From positions 5,574-69,573 of the forward strand of contig JAZOTM010000003.1 in NCBI GenBank assembly GCA_045657625.1: a stretch of DNA of 64,000 nt, read 5' to 3'. This stretch comes from Lachnospiraceae bacterium (lineage in GTDB: Bacteria; Bacillota; Clostridia; Lachnospirales; Lachnospiraceae). The first letter of the stretch is position 1. Every line of letters begins with the position of its first letter. This document shows positions 47,847 to 56,500 of this stretch, piece by piece. The notes under the pieces were generated by a model. The model did no database searches and had not been told where the DNA came from. It worked only from the letters and a program-made list of their open reading frames with translations. Position numbers and translations under genes: made by a program.

Positions 47847-49142
47847 ATGAAAAAGCTTCGGGAAAAGAAAGGAAGAGATTTATACTGGGACAGATTAGAC
47901 AACACCGCAAATCTCTTCCCGGTGATTGCCGGGGAAACGCTGACAAACGTATATCGTATTTGTGTGACACTGACAGAAGATGTACAACCGAATTTACTAC
48001 AGGAAGCTCTTGATTTGGTATTACCCAAGTTCAAGGGCTTCAATTTGCGTCTACGTTTTGGTTTGTTTTGGTTTTACTTTGAAGAAAACGGAAAGGCTGC
48101 ACCGCGGGTGCACAAGGAAAATAATTATCCCTGTCGTTACATTCGAGAAAACCGTAACAACAACTATTTGTTCCGTGTGACTTATTACAAGAATCGCATT
48201 AATTTGGAGGTGTTCCATGCTTTGACAGATGGCATGGGCGGCTACAATTTTTTAACGGAATTGACTTATCAGTATTTGCGATTGTCTCATCCGAAATTAC
48301 GGAAAAAATATGGAGACGCCTTGTCTCCAAACACTTCCTTAAACCGTGAAGATAGCTTTTTGAAAAATTGTCCCAAGCGTAAAAAAGGAAAAGCCTATGG
48401 TTCCGGAAAGGCCTTTTTGATGAATGGAGAAAGACTTCCAAAAGGGGAGTTTGGCGTTATGCATGTGTATGTGCCTGTGGCAGAGATCAAAAAGACAGCC
48501 AAGAGTAAAGGCGCCAGCATCAATGACTTTTTGGTGGCGAATACGATTTATGCGATTTATATGGAGCAGTATCGAAATCGTAGAAAAAAAAGACCGATTC
48601 GAATTTCGGTACCTGTAAATTTACGCCCTTATTTTGAATCCATTACTACAAAAAACTTTTTTGTCATGGTTTCCATTGAGTTTGAACCTCAGAAAGAGGA
48701 ATACACGTTTGATGAGGTCTTGGAAATTACAAAAGAGGAAGTGCGAAAGAAAATTACGAAAGAGAATTTGGAAATCACGGTTTCCTACAATGTGGCAAAG
48801 GCGGAAAATATCATTGGAAAATTTGTTCCTTTGCCTTTGAAAAATATTGCTATGAATATTGTTTATCGTTTTATTGCAAGGGCCAATACCACTACGGTGA
48901 CCAACATTGGAGCTTTGAAGGTGGAAGAAGCATACGCACCGTACATTACGATGTTTCATGGTATTTTATCTGTATCCCAGGGGCAATTGTTGAAGGGAAC
49001 GATTTGCTCGTATGGAGATACCTTGGTATATACTTTTAGTACCCTGTATAAGGATACAGGAATAGAAAAGCGTTTTTGTAAAACCCTAGTGGAAGAGGGG
49101 ATTTCTGTAAGGGTGGAAAGCAATGGCGTTTTCCAATTGTAG
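47847..49142 (+). CDS. Condensation-domain-like acyltransferase (HxxxDG)
   Basis: FHALTDGMGG active-site motif. Starts 8-14 nt after the GGDEF-EAL stop (TTG 47841 or ATG 47847). Confidence 0.65.
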   Translation: MKKLREKKGRDLYWDRLDNTANLFPVIAGETLTNVYRICVTLTEDVQPNLLQEALDLVLPKFKGFNLRLRFGLFWFYFEENGKAAPRVHKENNYPCRYIRENRNNNYLFRVTYYKNRINLEVFHALTDGMGGYNFLTELTYQYLRLSHPKLRKKYGDALSPNTSLNREDSFLKNCPKRKKGKAYGSGKAFLMNGERLPKGEFGVMHVYVPVAEIKKTAKSKGASINDFLVANTIYAIYMEQYRNRRKKRPIRISVPVNLRPYFESITTKNFFVMVSIEFEPQKEEYTFDEVLEITKEEVRKKITKENLEITVSYNVAKAENIIGKFVPLPLKNIAMNIVYRFIARANTTTVTNIGALKVEEAYAPYITMFHGILSVSQGQLLKGTICSYGDTLVYTFSTLYKDTGIEKRFCKTLVEEGISVRVESNGVFQL

Positions 49143-49153
49143 AAATTGTATTT

Positions 49154-49187
49154 GTGTGACTGCGGTGTGACTAAGTCAACTTATACT
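49154..49187 (+). promoter_or_regulatory. Heptamer-repeat promoter P1
   Basis: GTGTGAC (49154), N4, GTGTGAC (49165), N10, TATACT (49182). No TTGACA-like -35. Confidence 0.65.
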
Positions 49188-49229
49188 TTGAATGAAAATC
49201 CAAAAGTATATTTTGGGGAGGAGACTTTA

Positions 49230-49925
49230 GTGAAGAAAAAAACAGTGATACTTGGGGCGTTGCTTGTGGCTGTGGTGGCTGTTTCAGTAGGTGCTACTTT
49301 GGCGGTGACTGTTCTGGGTGGTACAGAGGATACCGCGCAAGAAGCGGATATTCAAATAAATGATATTGGTATCGTATTTACAAATACAGGTACGGAAACC
49401 GTTGCACTTGGAACCGGCAAAATTGTTCCGGGAGACGAAGTGGAAGTGCATCAGAGTGTTGCCAACCAAGTAGATGGAGACGATGGATACGATATTTATT
49501 TAAAAGTAGAGATTGATAAGTATTGGAAAGACGAAGATGGCGACTATATGGAATTCGATTCCGATGTGGTGGCAGATCGTTTGTTTGTGGAGGTAGACGG
49601 CGTATCTACTGAGATTCCTTATTTGGAAGAAGGAGAGCAGACACAGCTTGGCAACTGGATTTTGACTGAGTCAGATATGGATCATGTGGTGATGTTTTAT
49701 ATCTATCCATTGCAGCAAGGCGAAGAAACAACTGAATTTATTAGTTCTATCTTGTTTGACGGTTCCATAGATAACAGTTTTTCGGGAATGTCTTACAGCA
49801 TTGAAGCTACCGGTACAGCAGTGCAGGCTACCAATGGAGAGGCAGCTGTTGCAGCGGAACTTGGTATGTTCTTGACGTTTGACGAGGATGGAACCATTCT
49901 TTCTATCAGTGAAAGCAAAGAATAA
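49230..49925 (+). CDS. TasA/camelysin-like secreted protein (paralogue 1)
   Basis: Preferred start is GTG 49230 (SD GGGGAGGAG). Signal is KKKTVILGALLVAVVAVSVGATLAV. PGDEV strand and C-terminal IEATGTAVQATN. The track's upstream ATG 49146 would lie inside promoter P1. Confidence 0.65.
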   Translation: MKKKTVILGALLVAVVAVSVGATLAVTVLGGTEDTAQEADIQINDIGIVFTNTGTETVALGTGKIVPGDEVEVHQSVANQVDGDDGYDIYLKVEIDKYWKDEDGDYMEFDSDVVADRLFVEVDGVSTEIPYLEEGEQTQLGNWILTESDMDHVVMFYIYPLQQGEETTEFISSILFDGSIDNSFSGMSYSIEATGTAVQATNGEAAVAAELGMFLTFDEDGTILSISESKE

Positions 49926-49953
49926 TGGGACCGGAATGAGAGGAGAGACGAGG

Positions 49954-50748
49954 ATGAGAAAAAAACTTGGGACATTTTTGTTGACTTGTTGTATGACCAT
50001 ATCTTTGCCTGCTTTGGTAAATGGAGATACCGTAGATTTGACTGTGGTAAACAACGACACTTCCATCACTTTTGATGGAGACCTTTCGGATGCCTTTTCC
50101 GGTATTATGCCGGGCGGTACGGAAACAGTTGTGATTTCCTTGACCAACAACGGTAGTCAAACTGGCAATTATTATATGACACAGTCCACATTAGAGACAT
50201 TGGAAGAGACAAGTAGCGGCTCCGGTGGAGCTTACGCTTATACCGTGACGGTGGGATCCAGTGAAGAGGATGCCACGGTTCTTTTAGATACCAGCACCGG
50301 TGGATATACAGAGGCGGATACAGCAAGCGGCACAGACCTTAGCTCTATTACAGAATTAAATGGTTATACGTATTTTGCTACGTTGGCACCGGGGGAAAGT
50401 ACCAACGTATATATGACATTGACTTTGGATGGGGAAGGATTTGATAGTGTCACAGACAATGATTATTCCAATTCTTCTGCAGCCATTTCCGTAAATTTCC
50501 GTGTACAGTTTGAAAGTGCACAGGGCGGTACTACCACAGTGGTGACGCGTTACGTAGAACAGACAGGAGCGAATACCTTTGTAAATACAATTTTGGAAGA
50601 AGTAATTCCATTGGCCGGAGGAGTACAGACCGGAGATCCGTTCTCCATAGGGGTGTTGGCCCTTCTTCTCGGCGGAGGTATTTTCTTGATTGTAATAGCT
50701 GTGAAAAAGCAGATGGGAGAGCAGACACATGAAGAAAAAATTTCCTAA
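49954..50748 (+). CDS. Secreted protein with C-terminal VQTG sorting signal
   Basis: Preferred start is ATG 49954. Has a Sec signal ...LPALVNG. C-terminus is PLAGGVQTGD + hydrophobic helix + KKQ (VQTG codons 50623..50634). Confidence 0.7.
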   Translation: MRKKLGTFLLTCCMTISLPALVNGDTVDLTVVNNDTSITFDGDLSDAFSGIMPGGTETVVISLTNNGSQTGNYYMTQSTLETLEETSSGSGGAYAYTVTVGSSEEDATVLLDTSTGGYTEADTASGTDLSSITELNGYTYFATLAPGESTNVYMTLTLDGEGFDSVTDNDYSNSSAAISVNFRVQFESAQGGTTTVVTRYVEQTGANTFVNTILEEVIPLAGGVQTGDPFSIGVLALLLGGGIFLIVIAVKKQMGEQTHEEKIS

Positions 50749-51700
50749 AATCCTTTTGTTTGTCTTTTCATTAAGTATCTTTTTCTTTGTCCTGCCTATA
50801 AGCGTTTGGGCGGAGGAAACTTATACCATTACGTTTCGCGCAGGGAATGCCCGTACTTTTGATGTAGAGACACTTGCGTTCGAAGCTTATGAAAACGTGG
50901 AAGTCAATGAGAACTACGTCAAGATTCAAGTGGAGGTAAAAAAAGGTACTACCATCGGAGATGCGTTGGGACTCACCAATGAAGAACTAACAGCGGTAAT
51001 TCAAAGTGCACTTTCTGAGGATGGCAATGAGACCTATGCATTACGGACTTTAACGTGTGCAGATACAGAACTGATTAAGAACACCGATGTGGTATTGGAT
51101 TATAGTCGTATTGTAAATCCGGTTTCCTATTCCATTTCTTATGTGGATGCTACCGGGAATGCTATTTATCCATCAGTAATGGCCTATGGAAGTGAAGGCG
51201 AAGAGATTACAGCTTCCCCGCTCACGATTGCTTATTACGAGACAGAGGATACCGAAAAGACCATTGTATTGACAGCAGGAGAAACCAATGCCATTGTCTT
51301 TACTTATACATACACCGGAACGATTTCAAATACGGAGATTACCAATTTGATTCCGATTTATATTCCGGGGACGACGACTTATACTACGACGGTGAATACG
51401 GTTATACAGGATGCCGGGACGACGGTGACCAATGTGGCCGGTGGTGGAGCAGCGAATGCGCAAGCAGGAGCCGATGTAGATGATGAAGAAGAGGAAATTT
51501 CGGATGAAGAAACTCCGTTAGGCGGAGATGGTGAAGGACTTTTGAGTAATATTCTAGGCGAAGAAACACCTCTTGCAGCGCTGGTAGAAGGAAACAGTGT
51601 TTTGGTTCCGGCGGTGATAGGAGTGGTGGCAGCCTTGGTTGTGGTAGGCTTATTCTTTATTCAGAAGAAAAAAAGCAAATATGTTCAAGAATCTAAATAA
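50729..51700 (+). CDS. Surface protein with MucBP-like repeat and C-terminal TM anchor
   Basis: Signal peptide ...ISVWAEE. YSISYVDATGNAIY...IVFTYTY beta-rich module. T-rich linker. EETPLG / EETPLAA motifs, then TM + KKKSK. Confidence 0.65.
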   Translation: MKKKFPKILLFVFSLSIFFFVLPISVWAEETYTITFRAGNARTFDVETLAFEAYENVEVNENYVKIQVEVKKGTTIGDALGLTNEELTAVIQSALSEDGNETYALRTLTCADTELIKNTDVVLDYSRIVNPVSYSISYVDATGNAIYPSVMAYGSEGEEITASPLTIAYYETEDTEKTIVLTAGETNAIVFTYTYTGTISNTEITNLIPIYIPGTTTYTTTVNTVIQDAGTTVTNVAGGGAANAQAGADVDDEEEEISDEETPLGGDGEGLLSNILGEETPLAALVEGNSVLVPAVIGVVAALVVVGLFFIQKKKSKYVQESK

Positions 51701-51806
51701 TTTATTAAACATCCGTTTTTTACTGGAAAAACGGATGTTTTTTTGTTACAAAAAAACTAATTATGATATAGTAGTAGGGGTTGAGAGAGAGAAACGGGGA
51801 GCATAA

Positions 51807-53003
51807 ATGATTGTTCATACATTGGGAAAGTTTCAAATAATTGAAAAGGAAGCAGTTGTGACAGATGATAGTTTGAACTCGGCGATGATGATGAAACTGT
51901 TTGTTTTTTTGATTTTGCATCGAGATCAAGATGTCAGTGTGGAAGAATTAGCGGCTGCCTTATGGCCGGGGGACGAATCGGATAGTCCTGCGGGAGCTCT
52001 AAAAAATTTAACGTATCGTTTGCGAACGACGTTAAAAAAGAATTTTGGGGAATCCACTTATATTTTATCGAATCGAGGTTCTTATCGTTGGAATCCGGAG
52101 ATTCCGTTAACGGTGGATGTAGAAGAATTTGAGGAGTACTTGAAAGCGGCTCGGGAAAAAGAGGACATGGAGGAGATTATTCATGATTATGAAGAAGCCA
52201 TGTTGCTGTTTAAAGGAGACTTCATGAGCTGTATTCAAGATACACATTGGGCTGTTACTTTAAATACTTACTATCATGGACAGTTTTTACAATTGACCAA
52301 GGATTTAGAGGATTTATATCTCGAACAGGAAGATTATGTTCGTATGGAGCAGCTGGCTGGCGAGGCTCTCAAATTAGACAATCTGGATGAGGATTTGTAT
52401 TACTATTTAACCTTAGCCAAGATGAAACAAGGGCAATACCGTCAAGCACTGGAAGTTTATGAAACAGGATGTCGTATTCTGGAGGTAGAACTTGGAGTGA
52501 AACGTCCAAGACGATTGAATGAATTATACGGGGAGCTGCTAAAGGTGAATAAAACCAAGCAGGAAGAAGATATTATACAGGTGCAGACGGATATGCAGGA
52601 AGAAGAACCGGAAGGTGCTTTTTTTTGCGGATACCCGGTTTTTCGGGAAATATATCGATTGGAAGCTAGAAAAATATTACGCAGCGGGGAGTCAGAGCAT
52701 GTGTTGCTTTTGACGTTGCGTACTGTGGAAGCACCTACGGAAAAGGCGCGACAGTATCGTATAAAAAAAGGCATGGAACTTTTAAAAACGATTTTGGGAA
52801 CTAGTCTTCGTGTAGGGGATGTGGCTGCAGAATATAGCGATTCACAATATGTGATTTTGCTTCCGACCTGTACATATGAGGGGGGCATGATTGTGGCGGA
52901 TCGAATTATCTCACGTTTTCAAGAACTATCTAAGCAAAAGGAGAGCGTTCAGATTTTGCCGAGTTTAGTGGAAGTTGGGTTAGCGAAAGATATATTGGAA
53001 TAG
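51807..53003 (+). CDS. SARP/BTAD transcriptional activator fused to a degenerate GGDEF domain
   Basis: wHTH (VSVEELAAALWP, LTYRLRTTL), BTAD (AMLLFKGDF..., ALEVYETGCRILEVELGVKRPRRLNELYGELL). C-terminal RVGDVAAEYSDSQYVILLP aligns to RxxD-x5-GGDEF-VILLP. Confidence 0.8.
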   Translation: MIVHTLGKFQIIEKEAVVTDDSLNSAMMMKLFVFLILHRDQDVSVEELAAALWPGDESDSPAGALKNLTYRLRTTLKKNFGESTYILSNRGSYRWNPEIPLTVDVEEFEEYLKAAREKEDMEEIIHDYEEAMLLFKGDFMSCIQDTHWAVTLNTYYHGQFLQLTKDLEDLYLEQEDYVRMEQLAGEALKLDNLDEDLYYYLTLAKMKQGQYRQALEVYETGCRILEVELGVKRPRRLNELYGELLKVNKTKQEEDIIQVQTDMQEEEPEGAFFCGYPVFREIYRLEARKILRSGESEHVLLLTLRTVEAPTEKARQYRIKKGMELLKTILGTSLRVGDVAAEYSDSQYVILLPTCTYEGGMIVADRIISRFQELSKQKESVQILPSLVEVGLAKDILE

Positions 53004-53012
53004 TTAGGAGAC

Positions 53013-53441
53013 ATGCGTATGGAACAACAGTATCCCAAAAATGGATTTCGTGTATGTGTGGACAAAGTGGAGAACGACGTAGAGGGCAGAATTTATTCTC
53101 CGTTGTTTAAGGACAAAAAACCTTTTTCCTCTTTTGCAGAAGTGATTTTAGTTATGGATAATGTTTTCGATGCAACGGGATATCCTCATGCATTTCAAGA
53201 AAGTAGAAGTTTTGTGGAACGTCGGGGCACAAAGCCTTATCAACCGAAGAAACAGGAAGAGATTCCAAGACGCAGAGTAGAAGATCAAAAAGGAAAAGTG
53301 TATACGGTTGATATTGTAGTATTAGAACGGCGCGGCAGTAGTTGGCAAGGTGTTGCGAGAAATACGAATACCGGGGAAGAAAAAGAATTTCATAGTGAGA
53401 TGGAACTGTTTGAAATGGTTCGAAAAGAATTAGATCAGTAA
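53013..53441 (+). CDS. Small protein with two copies of a beta-beta-WQG-helix module
   Basis: Coupled 9 nt after the regulator. Its C-terminal half resembles the 59358..59585 product. Confidence 0.6.
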   Translation: MRMEQQYPKNGFRVCVDKVENDVEGRIYSPLFKDKKPFSSFAEVILVMDNVFDATGYPHAFQESRSFVERRGTKPYQPKKQEEIPRRRVEDQKGKVYTVDIVVLERRGSSWQGVARNTNTGEEKEFHSEMELFEMVRKELDQ

Positions 53442-53469
53442 AGGATGCTTTTTGGCATCCTTTTTTTTA
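53442..53469 (+). terminator. Intrinsic terminator
   Basis: AGGATGC-TTTTTG-GCATCCT followed by T8. Confidence 0.8.
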
Positions 53470-53478
53470 CTTTTTTCT

Positions 53479-53512
53479 GTGTGACCGACGTGTGACTTGA
53501 GATTGGTATAGT
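53479..53512 (+). promoter_or_regulatory. Heptamer-repeat promoter P2
   Basis: GTGTGAC (53479), N4, GTGTGAC (53490), N10, TATAGT (53507). Confidence 0.65.
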
Positions 53513-53589
53513 GGAACACATATAAAGGGAAGTTTGTGAAAGAGTTGTAATAACGAGTACCCTCGAGTTGGATGGAGGAAAAGAGGAAC

Positions 53590-56500
53590 ATGAGGAGAGT
53601 TTGGAAATCGATTCTGGCAACCGGTCTGATTGCAAGCATGAGCTTAGGCGAATTATCGACTGTTTACGCCTCAGAAACCCAAGAATCAATAGATACGAGC
53701 ATATATATGGAGTCTCAGGAAAGCACTGAGACTTCTTCTGATGTTGTAATAGATGCCGATACGACAGAAAGCACTGAGGTGGCTGCAGAGTCCACGGAAG
53801 GCACAAGCGAAGCAACCACAGCTACAACTAAAGCTACAGAGGATATTGCTGATGCCACAGAAGAGACATCTGCAGAAGTAAGGGAAGCAGAGTTGTCCTT
53901 TACTTCGAATGTTGCATCTGATGGCGTGACAGTTACTATTTCCGGTCCGGAAAGTGCATTTCCTTCTGCAGCACTTACGGTTGCTCTTGAAGTAAAAGAA
54001 GACGACGATTACATTGAAGAAGTTGTTTCTGCGTCAGATGTTTCCATTGCAGACTATGTGGCATATGACATTACACTACTGGTGGATGGCGTAGAAGTAG
54101 AACCCCTTGGAGAGGTGTCTGTTGTTTTTTCTGCAAATACATTAGGAGATGCTTCCGCAGAAGTTTATCATGTAAACGAAGAAACAAATACTTTGGATGC
54201 TGTGACAGAGACCAGCGTTACAGAAGATTCCATTTCCATGACTACGGATCATTTTTCTACCTATTTGGTTGGAGCTAGCGATACCAGATGGGGAGTACAA
54301 ACAACTTATGGGTATATTCAAACGGATAAAGATCCGAAGAATGGTGACTATAGTATTGTAGGAGAAATCTATTATAATGGGCAAAAAATAGATAGCTCTG
54401 ATGAAAAAATATTTAAATCCAAGACCCATAAATTTACTGCAGTTGCAGCGGAAGGTTATACTTTAGAAAAAGTAACCTATTATTATACTTATGCATATTA
54501 TTATGATAATTGGAGTAATGGTCAAACGGAAGAAAAGGTTTGGGACTGCTCCCAAAGTTTTACTATGGAGTATAAATATAATTCATGGGAATATGATGAG
54601 GGAAAAAATGACTATAGAGGATATTTTGTTTTACATGTCAGAGCTTATTTTGTAGATAAAACGAAAAGTGTAGATGTCGCTTTTACTACCAAAAACAGCA
54701 TGACAGAAAATGTGATTCAGGGGGTATCCTTTTCTTTAGCTGGAGAAGATGGCACTACATATACAGCAACCTCCGATTCTTCCGGAGATGTGTCATTTTC
54801 AGGTATTCCGCTAGGAACTTACACCTTAACAGAAAATCAGTTGATGGGTTATGAAACACCAAATCACACCTGGACAGTAACTGTGACAGAAACAGATACT
54901 TATACCATTGTCAGCGACAGTACGGAAGAAGCGGACTTGGAAGGCAGCTACAGTGAAGGTTATGTAGTATGGATTACACCACAGACAGAACCGGTGGTTT
55001 CTACAGATAAAGATACGGATCTTTATGATTGGGATAATCGTATTTATCAAGTGAAACTTGAAGGCAGTGCGATGCAGCAGGTGGTAGAGACAGCCTCAGA
55101 ACCGGTAAATGTGGTTCTGGTTTTGGATATGTCAGGGTCCATGCTATTTCCGAATGATTTAACAAATGAAACAACCATGTATATCTGGAACTTGGACACA
55201 TCTAAAACTTACTATTATATTGTTGAAGATGAGGCAGGTACTGTTTACACCGTACAGTATCGTACGGAAAGCGGTGTCAGTGGATGGTATTACAAGGATT
55301 CCTCTTATGTTTACGCAAATTCTGGGCAAAGTTGGACCTTGATTACTGACAAGTCTTCTGTACTAAATTACTACAAATCTTATAAGTTTTATACATCTCC
55401 TTCCGTGGGGGCCAGTATTCGTTTACAGGACACAAAGGCTGCAGCAGAATCTTTTATAAAAACTTTGGCAGAAGCAAATGAAAAGAATCAAGTAGCAATT
55501 GTAACTTTTGCAAAAAGTACTTCATCAAAAACAGAAATTGTTTGTGGTTTAACTGAATTAAGCGAGAGTAATGTGGAAACATTATTAAGTGAGATAGAGG
55601 GATTATCAACAGATGGCGGTACCAATCAGTATGCAGGACTTGAACTTGCAAATTCAATTTTAACATCGAACACGGAATCGGCAACTGATCATTCAGCAAT
55701 TGTATTGATTTCTGACGGTACCATTAATGAAAATGTAGAAGATTCCTATAAAGAAACACAAATCAGCACAGCACAGTCATTAGCAACGGTTTACACCGTT
55801 GGTATTGATATTAATGTGAATGCTACGGTGAAAGAAAAAGCGTCTACTTTGTTAAAAGAAATCGCTACGGATGAAAATCGATTCTATGAGGTTGGTTCAG
55901 ATGCTTTACATGCAATCTTATCAAGTATTGCAGTGGATATTCTTGGAAGTATTCCGTTGACAGCGACGGTTGTAGATTATATCGATGAACGGTTTCAGTT
56001 GGTGGATACTTCAGGAAATGCGCTGAGTGTAGGAGATACAATTTCAGCAAGACAAGTGACGGATGGTAAGATTGTTACCATTAACGGTACCATTGGTGAA
56101 GATGAAAATGGCGTATATGTAAAATGGGAAAGCGATGGCTTAAATGGTTTTATTGCTGAATTTTATGTGCAGGCCAAGGAGGATTTCCTAGGTGGCTATG
56201 TGGTAAAAACCAACGAGCTTGTTTCGAATATTACTGCCACATCTACAGAGGGAGAAATTGTCAGTGAAACTTTTCCGGTACCAACTGTAAATGTGAAACT
56301 CCTGGATTTGAGTATGGGGGATTTAAGTGAGACTCTTTTTCTGGGAGATGAGATTTCTTCCGGTGAGTTTGCAGAGGCATTGAATGAAACCATTCTTTTT
56401 AATGAAACAAATGGAAGCTTACAATTAACAGTGGCACAGATTGCCACCTTAATGGAAACAGGAACGGTGGAAGTTCCATATTCCTATGGTGACACCAATG

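Noticed and set aside
49146-49229. Upstream ATG (49146) extension of the first TasA-like gene (MYLCDCGVTKSTYTL...).
   Set aside because: The extension would lie inside the heptamer promoter P1 and has no SD. GTG 49230 is preceded by GGGGAGGAG and yields a proper signal peptide.
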